Source: Deltaproteobacteria bacterium
Lineage (GTDB): Bacteria; Desulfobacterota; Binatia; UBA12015
Direction: 5' to 3'
NCBI GenBank assembly: GCA_046583355.1
Contig: JAYGCM010000057.1
Coordinates: 1-64,000, forward strand
Length of the DNA stretch: 64,000 bases
Positions 18,916-29,086 of this stretch are shown piece by piece (the stretch's first letter is position 1; each line of letters starts with the position of its first letter). The notes below the pieces were generated by a model. That model saw only the letters and a program-made list of their open reading frames with translations. It was not told the DNA's origin and did not search any database. The position numbers were made by a program, and so were the translations under genes.

Positions 18916-19583
18916 ATGAGATGAAAACAAACCACTCAACTCGCTCTGCCACTCCGCTTTCGCGGCGGCAAAAGACGCGGTGCCGGCCGCAAGCCCAAGG
19001 GTGCGCGAGCCGGAGTTTCCCACCGCAAACGCGAGAGCTTGTCTCGCCATCAGCCGGCCCACGTCACATTGCGTGTCGCCGCCGACGTCCCCAATCTGCG
19101 CACCGGCTTGTGCCAGCGTACGATCGGCGAGGCCATGCGGCGCGCTTCGGAAGCCGACGAATTCCGTGTTGTCCATTATTCCGTGCAATCCAATCCTATG
19201 CACCTTCTTGTGGAGGCGGAGAATCCCGACTGCCTGAGCCGGGCATGCAGGGCTTGAGCGTCGACCTGGCGCGCGGTCTGAACCGCGTCTTCGGGCGTCG
19301 CGGCCGCCTCTTCCCCGACCGCTTTCACCACCGCGTGCTCAAGACGCCGCGAGCGATGCGCAACGCGCTCGCCTACGTCTTGGTGAACGCGCGCATGCAC
19401 GGCGAGCGAGCTATACGGCGCTGGCTTGATCCGCATTCGACGGCCGCATTTTTCGACGGCTGGAACGGCCCGGTCAACCGCCCGCATATGGCCGCCTGCG
19501 CGACGCGGCCACGCAGCTGGCTGATGCGCATCGGCTGGCGACGCCGCGGCCTGATTCCTCCCGACTTCGTGCCTTCGGGCTGA
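18916..19583 (+). pseudogene. Inactivated Y1 HUH (RAYT/IS200-like) transposase
   Basis: Reconstructed: M R * KQTTQLALPLRFRGGKRRGAGRKPK..HVTLRV..HYSVQSNPMHLLVEA [frameshift near 19240] GMQGLS..RRGRLFPDRFH..LAYVLVNA. Stop at codon 3, HUH His->Pro, single-base deletion. Confidence 0.85.
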
Positions 19584-19629
19584 CGTGGACGGGAACCCGC
19601 GAGGAAAATGAGCAGTCCAGCGGCCGCAA

Positions 19630-19667
19630 GCGGCGCCCGGATGCAGCCCTACTTTTCGGCCGGGCCT
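19630..19667 (-). repeat. Right 38-bp imperfect inverted repeat
   Basis: Reverse complement AGGCCCGGCCGAAAAGTAGGGCTGCATCCGGGCGCCGC, next to the RluA stop codon. Confidence 0.85.
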
Positions 19668-19668
19668 C

Positions 19669-20538
19669 TTAGACCAGGCGGGCGAGGTCGCGCGGGAGCG
19701 GCGAGCGGAAGCGCATTTCTTCGCCGGTGGTCGGGTGCTCGAAGCGCAGAAAAGAGGCGTGCAGGCCGAGGCGACCGGCCGGGTTGGTCACGGCTTCGTA
19801 TTTTTTGTCGCCGATGATCGGGCAGCCGGCGTCGTAGAGATGGACGCGGATCTGGTGGCGTCGCCCGGTGTCGAGGCGAAGCCCTACCAGGGTTCGCCGG
19901 CCCTTGACCGCGATCACCCTATAATGCGTGATCGCATGGCGGGTCCGCTCGCTGGGCCGCGCGCTATGCACCCGGAAGGGGTTGGTCTCGTCGAGGTCGG
20001 ACTCGAAGACGCCTTCGCGCTCCGGCAAATTCCCCTCCACCACGGCATCGTAGCCCTTCTCGAAATGATCCCAATATTGCTGCAGCCAATCCTTCGCTTG
20101 TGCGGTCTTGGCAAAGACCATCAGGCCTGAGGTCTCGCGGTCGAGCCGGTGCACGATCCAGACCCGCTCCTTGCCGCGCGGATTGCCGTGGCGCAGGTAG
20201 GCGGTCAGCATGAAATAGGCGGTTTTCTCGCGTTCCTTCTCGCTGGCGATGCTGAGAAGGTTGGCCGGCTTGTCGATGACGATCAGGTCCGCGTCCTCGA
20301 AGAAGACCTTCATGCCCGAGGCGAGTACCGTCCGCGGCGCCGCGAAACGCTCGGTGCGCACGGCTACGATATCGCCGGCGCGCAAGGCGTGGTTGAATTG
20401 GGTCACGGCACGGCCGTTGACCGTGATCGCCTGGAATTTCAGCCAAATGCGGATCTGTTTGCGCTTGACGTCGGGCCAGCAGGCAAAGAGATGCTCAAGC
20501 AGCTGAGCAGGCTCCTGCACGGTAGAGGGCTTCGGCAT
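19669..20538 (-). CDS. RluA/RluD family pseudouridine synthase
   Basis: IDKPANL, HRLDRETSG (catalytic Asp), TGRRHQIRVH, PIIGDKKY, LHA. Confidence 0.95.
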   Translation of the reverse strand: MPKPSTVQEPAQLLEHLFACWPDVKRKQIRIWLKFQAITVNGRAVTQFNHALRAGDIVAVRTERFAAPRTVLASGMKVFFEDADLIVIDKPANLLSIASEKEREKTAYFMLTAYLRHGNPRGKERVWIVHRLDRETSGLMVFAKTAQAKDWLQQYWDHFEKGYDAVVEGNLPEREGVFESDLDETNPFRVHSARPSERTRHAITHYRVIAVKGRRTLVGLRLDTGRRHQIRVHLYDAGCPIIGDKKYEAVTNPAGRLGLHASFLRFEHPTTGEEMRFRSPLPRDLARLV

Positions 20539-20615
20539 ATCGGGGGCTTACAGGAAACCGCACCTGCATGCGCAGCCGGCGGGCCGGCGGCAAGCGCAAG
20601 GCGCCGCCAGCGAGA

Positions 20616-20810
20616 TCAGGTCTCTTCGAGCGCGATGGCCTGGCGCGGGCAGCGCCGCACCGAGTCCTCTATCTTGGCGCGCAAGGCTTCGTCCGGTGTC
20701 TCGGTGGAGAGGTAGAGGCAGTCGTCCTCTTTGACTTCAAAGATTTCGGGACAGACCTGCATGCAGATGGCGTTGGCCTCGCAGCGGTCGTAGTCGACGA
20801 CGATTTTCAT
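20616..20810 (-). CDS. Small ferredoxin ([3Fe-4S]-type)
   Basis: MKIVVDYDRCEANAICMQVCPEIF...CPRQAI. Confidence 0.9.
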   Translation of the reverse strand: MKIVVDYDRCEANAICMQVCPEIFEVKEDDCLYLSTETPDEALRAKIEDSVRRCPRQAIALEET

Positions 20811-20856
20811 TCCCATAATGCGACCTTGAAAGATTGAAGAGTCGGGCGCAAGCGCC

Positions 20857-21012
20857 CTACTTCATCTTCGCTTCTTTATACTCAACATGTTTGCGCACCC
20901 GGGGGTCGTATTTTTTCAGCACGAGCTTCCCGGTTGCGGTCTTGGGGTTTTTCGTGGTCACGTAGAAGTGGCCGGTACCGGCCGTTGAAATCATTCGGAT
21001 CTGCTCGCTCAT
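20857..21012 (-). CDS. rpmG: 50S ribosomal protein L33 (Cys-free type)
   Basis: [51 protein letters not shown], preceded by GGAGG. Confidence 0.95.
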   Translation of the reverse strand: MSEQIRMISTAGTGHFYVTTKNPKTATGKLVLKKYDPRVRKHVEYKEAKMK

Positions 21013-21150
21013 CGTTGCCTCCAGACACCTCGGGCAAATGCCCGGCGTGTCCCGAATTGTTCGCAAACCAGAGGCTCTGCCGCAACTTTTACTTATGAGG
21101 TGTGGCCGCCGCGCTTGCCCGCTTCGGGCGGCTCTGCCAGTTCTGGAAGC

Positions 21151-22419
21151 ATGAAGTTCCGACTCCATTCCCTCCTCCTGCTCGCAGGTGCCATGGCTCT
21201 GGCCGGTTGCACCACTGAGCCGGAAAAAACCAGCAAAAAAGCCCCGGCGGCTGTGACCACCAAAGCGCCCGCGCCACCGGCCCCGGCCGCAGCAGACGGC
21301 CCTTATCCGACCCTGGTTCTCTCGCAGGCCCAATTCATCGACAAAAAAGGCCCCGATGGCCGCGTCATGCCGGTTCCCGGCCCGGCCCGGTTGACCATCA
21401 TCCGCCAGACGCCGCAGGGCTGGCAGACCAGCATTCTCGAAGACCCGGAATCCAATGTCTTCCACAAGGCCACGGCCTATGGCGACGGATTGCTGACCAT
21501 CGGCGGCAACCAGGCCAAACTCAAAACCTGGAAGATGCAGGACGGCGCCTGGGTCGGGGCGACGCATTGGAGCCCGAGCTTCGGCGGTCGCTTTGACCGC
21601 CTGCGCGATTACGAGCAAGGCGATGTGGACGGCGACGGCAAAGACGAGATCGTGATTGCGACCCACGACCAGGGCGTGATCGTCATCATCCACCCCGACG
21701 AGGGCTGGCGCGTCGAGCAGATCGATGCCGAAGCCAACACCTTCGTCCACGAGATCGAACTCGGCGATGTCGACGGCGACGGCCAGCTGGAGATCTTTGC
21801 GACCCCGTCCAAGCCCAACAAACTCGACCAGCACCAGCCCGGCAAAGTCACCGGCTACCGGCGCGGCGCAGACGGCGTCTGGACCAAGGAGACCGTCGAC
21901 GCACCCGGCGATACGCACGCCAAGGAGATCCTCACGGCCGATACCGACCAGGACGGCAAGGCCGAAGTCTTCATCGTCTGGGAAGGGGCGATGGACGCCG
22001 GCAAGTTGGTCCGCGAGGTGACGATCAAACAATACCGCTGGGATGGCAGCGCTTGGGATGGCGTGGTCGCGGCCACCTTGCCCGACCGGCTGACGCGCGC
22101 GATGGCCGCCGGCGATGTCACCGGAAACGGCAGTATCGACCTGGTCGTTGGCACGCAGCGCTCGGGGCTCTATCTACTCGAACAGAAAGATGGGGGCTGG
22201 ACCAAACGCCATATCGACCGCCGCTCCAGCGGCTTTGAGCACCCCCTCACCGTCGCCGACGTGGACGGGGACGGCGCCCTGGAGGTCTACGTTGTCTCCG
22301 AAGACCAGGCCGAGTTGCGCCAATACATCCTGAGCGACGGCAATATCCAGAAGAAAGTCATCACCAAGCTGCGTCCGGGCGATATCACCTGGAACGTCAA
22401 CGCCGTAGGCAAACAATAG
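21151..22419 (+). CDS. FG-GAP/VCBS-repeat lipoprotein
   Basis: Lipobox LAGC; repeated GDVDGDG/ADTDQDG/GDVTGNG/ADVDGDG Ca-binding loops. Confidence 0.82.
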   Translation: MKFRLHSLLLLAGAMALAGCTTEPEKTSKKAPAAVTTKAPAPPAPAAADGPYPTLVLSQAQFIDKKGPDGRVMPVPGPARLTIIRQTPQGWQTSILEDPESNVFHKATAYGDGLLTIGGNQAKLKTWKMQDGAWVGATHWSPSFGGRFDRLRDYEQGDVDGDGKDEIVIATHDQGVIVIIHPDEGWRVEQIDAEANTFVHEIELGDVDGDGQLEIFATPSKPNKLDQHQPGKVTGYRRGADGVWTKETVDAPGDTHAKEILTADTDQDGKAEVFIVWEGAMDAGKLVREVTIKQYRWDGSAWDGVVAATLPDRLTRAMAAGDVTGNGSIDLVVGTQRSGLYLLEQKDGGWTKRHIDRRSSGFEHPLTVADVDGDGALEVYVVSEDQAELRQYILSDGNIQKKVITKLRPGDITWNVNAVGKQ

Positions 22420-22500
22420 AACTTTCAGCGCCGGCGACCAGGTGTCTTTCCGATGCCTGGAGCCGGCGCAGGAGAAAATCGAGAAAGCCTCTTGCGTAGC

Positions 22501-22530
22501 TGACGGATCCTCATTAATGAGGTATCCTCA
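22501..22530. promoter_or_regulatory. Tandem palindromic operator candidate (TetR-type)
   Basis: TGACGGATCCTCA-ttaa-TGAGGTATCCTCA; the central CCTCATTAATGAGG is a perfect palindrome; lies just upstream of the diiron+TetR operon. Confidence 0.6.
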
Positions 22531-22553
22531 CCTTCAACGGAGGACTACCAGCC

Positions 22554-23654
22554 ATGACAACGGATCCAGCTTATCGCACTGTCGACCGGGACGATTTCCC
22601 GGCGATGCTTGACCAAGATCGCTACTTCGCCCGCTCGACGGCCTTTGAAGAGATCATCGCGCGGACCAACGAGCATTTCTGGAATCCAGAGGATCCGGAT
22701 TATATCGACCTGATCAATCCGAAGCCGCTCGAAGGCTCGATCCTCCCGGCAGACTTCATCATGGAGAGCCGCACGGCTGTCTGGGATCGCCTCGACGAAG
22801 GCCAGCGCCAAGGCTTCCTGCACGACAGCGCGCGCTGGACAATCTCGCAGCTGCTGCACGGCGAGCAAGGCGCGCTCAGCCTCTCCTCGTCGCTGATCGA
22901 TATCTTCCTCGATCCGGGCGCCCAGGAATATGCCGCCAACCAGGCGCGCGAAGAGGCGCGCCACGTACACGGCTTCGTCCTCTACATGAAAGCGCGCTTC
23001 GACGGCCAGATCCTGCCTCCGGGCGATACGCTCGGCGGGCTGCTCAAGGACATCATCGCAAGCCCGGTTGTCTACCGAAAAATCGTCGGCATGCAGATGC
23101 TCGTTGAGGGCCTCGCCATGGGCGCTTTCATGACCCTGCATACCCAATCCAACGACCCGCTGCTGCAACGCCTCTGCCAGCTGATCATGACCGATGAGGC
23201 CTTCCACCATAAATTCGGCAAGATCTGGGCGCAGGAAACCATCCCCGAATTGCCCGAAGAAGAGCATATCGTGGTCGAGGATTGGGCCGAGCAATGCTTC
23301 CAGCTGCTTCTCTTCAACCTCGTCAACGCCGAGCAACGTCGGGTCATCTACCCGAAATACGGCCTTGATTGGGAGTGGGCGCGTGAGGCGATCGGCGAGG
23401 CCATCAGTGACGAAGACCGTCGCACCGCCATGATGGAAAATACCGACGTCTTCCGCACGCTCATCAAGACCCTCGACAACGCCGGCATCATCACCGACCG
23501 CACGCGGTCGACCTACGCCAATTGGGTTGATATGACGGCACTCAGAGAAGAAGGCGAAGAGCTCGTCGGCTACGCCGTAGCCGAGGAGGCCATGGTAGGC
23601 CTTCAGGAAATCAACGCCAGCAAGCGAAAGATCATCAAGAAGATCTCGGCATAG
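22554..23654 (+). CDS. Ferritin-like diiron-carboxylate protein (AurF-like oxygenase family)
   Basis: HGEQGAL, REEARH, VEGLA and TDEAFH (two ExxH motifs). Confidence 0.85.
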   Translation: MTTDPAYRTVDRDDFPAMLDQDRYFARSTAFEEIIARTNEHFWNPEDPDYIDLINPKPLEGSILPADFIMESRTAVWDRLDEGQRQGFLHDSARWTISQLLHGEQGALSLSSSLIDIFLDPGAQEYAANQAREEARHVHGFVLYMKARFDGQILPPGDTLGGLLKDIIASPVVYRKIVGMQMLVEGLAMGAFMTLHTQSNDPLLQRLCQLIMTDEAFHHKFGKIWAQETIPELPEEEHIVVEDWAEQCFQLLLFNLVNAEQRRVIYPKYGLDWEWAREAIGEAISDEDRRTAMMENTDVFRTLIKTLDNAGIITDRTRSTYANWVDMTALREEGEELVGYAVAEEAMVGLQEINASKRKIIKKISA

Positions 23655-23662
23655 GACCACCA

Positions 23663-24262
23663 TTGACGAAGACCGGAATACAGCGCACGGACGACACCGA
23701 GATGGCGTCCGTGCGCAAACTCACCCGCCGCGAGCGCACCGCGACTGCGCTGATCGACGCGGCAACCAAAGTCTTCCTCGAGCGCGGCTACGACGGCGCT
23801 ACCACCGGCGAGATCGCCCGCGCAGCCGGTGTCGCCGCCGGCACCTATTACCTCTACTTCGACGACAAACGAGCTGCCTTTGGTGCCGTCTCCGGTCGTG
23901 CGGCGCATGACCTCCTGAGCCGGCTACAACCAGCCATCGTGCCCGGCATGACGGCCTCGACACTCACACGCATCACCCTGGAGTTGGTCGCCGAGTTCTG
24001 GCGCTCCGACCAGGCTCTCTCGCACCTCATCCTCTCGGGCGGTCCGGCGCTCGGAATAGAAAGCGACGACGACGCGACCGCCTTTGTTGATGAGGTCTCC
24101 TCGACCATTGCCCAAGCCGGCATCCGCCAGGGCGAGGAGGCCATGGCGCTGGCCCTCTATCTCGTCGGGCTGAGCCAGCAGCTCGGCCATCTCATCGTCG
24201 CACGGCCCGAAGATCACGCGACCGCCAACGCCCTCATCGCGCTCGCCGCAGACCGCCTCTAG
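23663..24262 (+). CDS. TetR/AcrR family transcriptional regulator
   Basis: HTH GYDGATTGEIARAAGVAAGTYYLYFDDK. Confidence 0.9.
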   Translation: MTKTGIQRTDDTEMASVRKLTRRERTATALIDAATKVFLERGYDGATTGEIARAAGVAAGTYYLYFDDKRAAFGAVSGRAAHDLLSRLQPAIVPGMTASTLTRITLELVAEFWRSDQALSHLILSGGPALGIESDDDATAFVDEVSSTIAQAGIRQGEEAMALALYLVGLSQQLGHLIVARPEDHATANALIALAADRL

Positions 24263-24273
24263 CGGCCATAACC

Positions 24274-24291
24274 GCCCGGCCGAAAAGCAGG
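24274..24291 (+). repeat. Partial copy of the repeat family
   Basis: GCCCGGCCGAAAAGCAGG, identical to part of the 45.3-kb copy, just after the TetR stop. Confidence 0.6.
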
Positions 24292-24398
24292 ATCGTACAG
24301 GAGCCCCAAGGCGGGACTCCCGCATTCACCCGCGGCCCGATCGGCCTTCTCTGCCCCCAAGCGGAAGAAGGCTGAACAGGTCTTCCCTCAGCGACCGA

Positions 24399-24872
24399 TT
24401 ACGGCAGGCAGACGAGTCTCAGCCGATCGCTGTCCTTTTTCTTTGTGTCGGCAGATGCGGTTTTCGTCTTGATAATCAGCTTCCGGCCGAGCGGCACATC
24501 GACCTCGAGCATCTCGCTGCAGGTCTCAAAGCCGGCCGTCGGGAAATCCGTTCGCGAGAGACCAGTGCGAAGCGCCACATATGCCAGCCTCTCAGCCGAT
24601 TTTCTCGATTCTGTATTCGGCTTGGTGATTTCAACTCTGCTCGCCTCGCGAGCCATACAGGAGAAGCGAGCGTCAGCGCCGCCAAAGCAACCCCATACAC
24701 GGAACTGACAGCCGTCAGCCACGGCATCGAAATCACAACTCGGGTCGCCCTGTCGGCAGATGACGAGCCCCTTCGGCACGCCCGATTTCGTCGTGAGAAT
24801 CGAGGCCGCGTCGGCCTCGACGGCCCACCCCGCGAGGCAATCCTGACGCTTGCTGCCGCAGGCACGCCCGAG
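24399..24872 (-). pseudogene. Orphan C-terminal Cys-rich domain of a secreted protein
   Basis: Open frame GSKRQDCLAGW..CRQGDPSCDFD..CQFRVWGC..KKDSDRLRLVCLP is bounded upstream by an in-frame TGA with no start or signal peptide. Confidence 0.55.
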
Positions 24873-25089
24873 TCAGGGAAATCAATATTACTAAGTGATT
24901 TCTAGTTACACTGCTTCGCCAGCCCGAACAAGGGGTATTTCACTTCTCAGCAACATGGTCGAAAACCGCACGTCCGCTGGCAACCGACTTCTGGTGCGAT
25001 AAGCATTTCGTGTGGGCGACCATCCGCAAGAGCATCTGCTGCACCACGCCCTCGCCGACCCCGGCTCGGCGGGCCAACTCAGAGCGATG

Positions 25090-25475
25090 ACCGAGCGGAT
25101 TACCGACCCTCGCCGAGCACTTGGCCCAAGCCCATTACCAGACCGCTGCGGTCACCGAGAACGGCTATATCATTCCCGAAGCCGGCTTCTCGCGCGGCGT
25201 CTCCTATTATGTAGAGAACACCAACCACCTGAACGCCGGGGGCGTCGACGCCACCTTTGCGCGTTCCCGAAAATGAATCGCAGCGCATCGCGACGAGGTC
25301 TTCTTTCTTTTTCTGCACACCTACCAGGTGCATTTCCCCTACGACCCACCTGCCGAATACGATATTGTCCGGAACGCTTCGGAGCAGGCGACCGACCTTT
25401 CGCTTTCAGCAGAGATTCTGATCGACGAAGAGGCGCGGAGCGAATTTGCCGTAGTGGCAAAGAAGGCCTACGCAT
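25090..25475 (+). pseudogene. Sulfatase-family gene fragment with internal stop
   Basis: LPTLAEHLAQAHYQTAAVTENG..GFSRG..ARSRK*IAAHRDEVFFLFLHTYQVHFPYDPP; in-frame TGA at 25274. Confidence 0.7.
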
Positions 25476-25619
25476 GGTGCCCACAATGCTGGACCTGGTC
25501 GGCCTACCCGTCCCGCCGGATCCTTCATTTTCGCGCTCGGGCCCTTCCCGACCGTCCCCCATATCCTCCCGGCGAGCTTTTTTACCCCGGTTCGCGCCCA
25601 CGTCAATACCTGATTTACA

Positions 25620-25860
25620 GGTCCTTCCATCTTCGTATTGGTACTCTTCACGCCGCTTCTGATCTCATTCGGCCGCGGCATGCTACGCCCGGCCGCCCTC
25701 ATACTCTGGGCCTTCCTGCTGGTCATTGCCGGGCTCACGCTGGCCACGCAATTGCCGTTTTATCGGTGGTTCTGGGAGCATCTCCCGTTGGCGCAGAGCT
25801 TCGGGATTCCGGGGCGCGCCGCAATGGTCCTGCCCTTCTGGCGATTTTCCTCGCCTACGG
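25620..25860 (+). pseudogene. Fragment of a polytopic membrane protein (YfhO/GT-C-like)
   Basis: VLVLFTPLLISF..ALILWAFLLVIAGL..FYRWFWEHLPLAQSFGIPGRAAMVLP; no intact start or end. Confidence 0.4.
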
Positions 25861-26069
25861 GCTCAGCCAGGCCTTCGACGAACCCGATCTGGGGTGGGAA
25901 TACAGCTGGCAATGGCCCCCGGAGGGGTCCGCCATCCGGGCCGCCAGCCCCCGCCAGCCCTGATCGCATGCCTCCCGGATAGAAATCGCCATGCGCTTGA
26001 CTGCTGAATGTACGACACTCATACTCTGGTCGGTAACAACACCATCGCCTGCTGCCGGAGAAAAAAATA

Positions 26070-27071
26070 ATGAGCAAGATACTGTTCCCAAAATGGTTTC
26101 TGATTGTCTTCTTGGCGGTGATCGCGCTCAGCACGCCGGCGGCAGCAGCCGATACGGTGCTCGGGGAAGGGCGCCTCGTCGTGCGCCACGACGGCGATGG
26201 TGGCCACGCGCGCTTCAAATTCCGCGGCCGGGGCACCGCCATCGCCTTGCCGGTGGCGGGCAGCGAGAACGATCCCAGCCTGCACGCCGGCGTATTGGAG
26301 ACCTTCACCGGCGAGAGCCTTCGCTCCAGCAGCATGCCGCTGGGATCGGGCTGGAAACAAACGCATAAAGGGAAGTGGCGCTACCGCGGCGGGCGCGGCG
26401 CCGCGATTCAGCGGATCGTTCTATCCTCGCGACAGATCCTCATCCTGCACAAAGACGATACGGCCGCAGCAAGCGGCAATGCCAGTTTTGCAGGAATTCG
26501 GCTGCGCTTCGGTGATTGGAGCGTATGTGCCCGTTTTGCCGGCAACGATATTCTCGATGATGAAAACGGCCTGCTCCGTGCACGACATCTGACCTCGAGC
26601 GAATTAATTGATTGCTCCGACGAGTCCCTCGCCGGGGCTTGCGTCGAGACCAACGGAGCCGGCTGGGGCGATTGCCTCGGCAGTTGCAGCGCGGGCGGTA
26701 GCTGCGAGTTCGACACCGACGCATGGCAGGGCTGCCGTTGCGTCTCGCCGGATATGCCTTGTGGCGATACCGCGCCGGTCTGCGGCGGGATCTGTGCGAC
26801 CGGACTCGAATGCAAAACACAGCCTGCCTACCCGGTACCCATCTGCCGCTGCGAACCACCCGGGGCCTCCTGCGGTAACGCCGACTATCCGACTTGCGGG
26901 GGCGTCTGCAACGAGGGCGAGACCTGCTCGCAATCGGGCGACCATGTGAACGGAAACTATTGCGCCTGCCTGGTAGATAACGCCCCCTGCGGTGACCTTG
27001 GCCCCTGCCCCGAGGGCACCTGGTGCGGGTTCATCCCACAGGGAGGCTTTATCTGCGTGCCGAATCGCTGA
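26070..27071 (+). CDS. Secreted protein with Cys-rich disulfide-repeat C-terminus
   Basis: Signal peptide (..AAA-AD); repeated CG...P.CGG.C..G..C.....C.C units. Confidence 0.75.
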   Translation: MSKILFPKWFLIVFLAVIALSTPAAAADTVLGEGRLVVRHDGDGGHARFKFRGRGTAIALPVAGSENDPSLHAGVLETFTGESLRSSSMPLGSGWKQTHKGKWRYRGGRGAAIQRIVLSSRQILILHKDDTAAASGNASFAGIRLRFGDWSVCARFAGNDILDDENGLLRARHLTSSELIDCSDESLAGACVETNGAGWGDCLGSCSAGGSCEFDTDAWQGCRCVSPDMPCGDTAPVCGGICATGLECKTQPAYPVPICRCEPPGASCGNADYPTCGGVCNEGETCSQSGDHVNGNYCACLVDNAPCGDLGPCPEGTWCGFIPQGGFICVPNR

Positions 27072-27137
27072 ACGATCGCGCGGGTCGAGCGACCGCATGC
27101 AGATGCGGCCGGGCTCGGGTATGACTCGCCGTGCGAT

Positions 27138-28115
27138 ATGCAGGCAGGATCAATCCCCATTGAGCAAGGCGTTTGTGCGCTTTGCGGCGCCGAGAAGGGC
27201 GCCAAGCTGGCCAGCGGTACCGACTTTGAATATCGGACAACCGACACAGAATTTCGCCTTTGGCGCTGTGCCTGCGGCGGCGTATTCCTGAACCCGCGCC
27301 CCGCGCCAGCCGCCCTCGCCACGATCTACCCGGCGAATTATTATAGCTATAATTTCGAAGAGAAATTGGGCCCGCTGGTGATGCGCTTCAAGGCTCTCAC
27401 GGAACGCGCCAAAATGCGGGCCTACGAGTCCTACCTCAAGCCCGGTGCTCGTATCCTCGATATCGGCTGTGGCGACGGCCACCTGCTTTCGCAACTCGAA
27501 GCGGGCTACCCCGAGAAACTCGAACTTGAGGGCGTGGAGTTCTCCGAGCATGGCGTGAACGCGACGGAGGCGGCCGGCTACCGCGTGCATATCGGAACGA
27601 TCGAAGAGGTCGAATTACCCGCACACGCCTTTGACCTGGTGATCCTGAACCAGCTGATCGAGCACGTCCGCGACCCGCAGGCCGTGCTGGAGCGTATCGC
27701 CGCCGCCCTGGCCCCGGGCGGCCATCTCTTCATCGAGACACCGAATATCGACTCCTGGGATGCGCGAATTTTCCGGCGCCGCTACTGGGGCGGCTACCAT
27801 CTGCCGCGCCATTTCCATCTCTTCGATACGAGTTCGCTGGCGCGGTTGGTGGCGAACGCCGGCCTTCGCTGTGTCGTGCAACGCCCCCTGGTCTGCCCGC
27901 AATTCTGGATCATCTCGGTGCAGAACTGGCTGAAAGACAAGGGTGCCAATCGACTGGCCGGGTTCATCAGCCCCTTCAATCCGCTACTTCTGGCACCGGC
28001 GACAGCCATTGAAATCCTTCAACAGCGGCTCGGCTGGACCTCCAACCAGCAACTGATTGCTCAGGCCGGCGAATCTCCGCCGGCGCGCGAGAGCGCCCGC
28101 CAGACCGCCAGGTAA
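27138..28115 (+). CDS. Class I SAM-dependent methyltransferase (N-terminal Zn-ribbon-like Cys)
   Basis: CALCG..CACG; ILDIGCGDG; FDLV..IEHVRDP; PRHFHLF. Confidence 0.9.
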   Translation: MQAGSIPIEQGVCALCGAEKGAKLASGTDFEYRTTDTEFRLWRCACGGVFLNPRPAPAALATIYPANYYSYNFEEKLGPLVMRFKALTERAKMRAYESYLKPGARILDIGCGDGHLLSQLEAGYPEKLELEGVEFSEHGVNATEAAGYRVHIGTIEEVELPAHAFDLVILNQLIEHVRDPQAVLERIAAALAPGGHLFIETPNIDSWDARIFRRRYWGGYHLPRHFHLFDTSSLARLVANAGLRCVVQRPLVCPQFWIISVQNWLKDKGANRLAGFISPFNPLLLAPATAIEILQQRLGWTSNQQLIAQAGESPPARESARQTAR

Positions 28116-29086
28116 GACGTCCGCGCCTCGTCGACCTGCGGCGCAAGCTCCGTCGCCATTAGAAAACGCTCGAGCTCATCATAGCGGGAATAGGATACGG
28201 ACGGGTCCCAATGGTGCAGAAGATGGCGCCAGAACCCGGCGCTACCGAAAGCGCGGGCACCCAGGGAGCCGACGAACATCCGGTTGATCGCGCCATGCGG
28301 AATGGTCGCGAAATCATCTGCGCGGGTGGCCTCGAAGGAGCGGTGTTCGAGCTGCTGGCGTAGCGCCGAGAGGTAGGGAAAGACGATCGCTACGGCCAGC
28401 ACCCAGGCCAACGCGGCCGTCCAGAAGCCGGCCAGAACGAGACCGAGGAGAAGAACAAAATGCGCCGCAAACCCGCGCAGCAAATAGCGAATATTGGGCC
28501 CCGAACCGGAACGATTCACGGCACTATTCGCTGAATGGGCGCCGAAGACCCGCCAAGCATGCACGCCGAAGACGGTCTCGAGGAGAAAGCGCAGATCGGG
28601 AGCGTAGCGGTACGAGACCTCGGAATCCCCGACCTCGCCGAGCTTGAGGTGGTGCTGCCAATGCAGCACGCGGTAGTCGCGGATCTCGCCGCCGATGAGA
28701 ATACAGCAGAAGGCATTCACCAGCTGATCGTTCGTCTTCTTGTCGGCTGCCAGATTATAATGCGCCCCCTCGTGCATGAAGAGCACGATCGTCGCAAACC
28801 AGAATCCGATCGCAATGGCGAAAAACGGTGCGAGTACCAACCCCACGGTAGGACCGGCCACGGCGGCCAGTAGGCAGGCCAACGCCAGGATGCCGAACAT
28901 CGCCGCATAGCGCACACCGATATCGAGCCAGACCCAACGAAAATGCGGCTCGAGCGTACGACGGAATTGCTGCCAATTCCGTCCGTCCCGCGCGACCAAT
29001 CGGGCCAGCTCGGGCGTGCCGGGAAAGGGATTTCCCTCCGCGGCATCACCCCTTTGGGTCTCCGTAAAACTCAGCGTATCATCCAT
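28061..29086 (-). CDS. Membrane fatty-acid desaturase family protein
   Basis: His boxes HEGAH, HWQHH, EH and HLLHH; TM segments; start MDDTLSF. Confidence 0.85.
   Translation of the reverse strand: MDDTLSFTETQRGDAAEGNPFPGTPELARLVARDGRNWQQFRRTLEPHFRWVWLDIGVRYAAMFGILALACLLAAVAGPTVGLVLAPFFAIAIGFWFATIVLFMHEGAHYNLAADKKTNDQLVNAFCCILIGGEIRDYRVLHWQHHLKLGEVGDSEVSYRYAPDLRFLLETVFGVHAWRVFGAHSANSAVNRSGSGPNIRYLLRGFAAHFVLLLGLVLAGFWTAALAWVLAVAIVFPYLSALRQQLEHRSFEATRADDFATIPHGAINRMFVGSLGARAFGSAGFWRHLLHHWDPSVSYSRYDELERFLMATELAPQVDEARTSYLAVWRALSRAGGDSPA

Noticed and set aside
18922..25276. In-frame TGA codons as recoding (Sec or Trp/Gly genetic code)
   Set aside because: TGA terminates many intact genes here, RF2 is present, and both affected genes carry other lesions.
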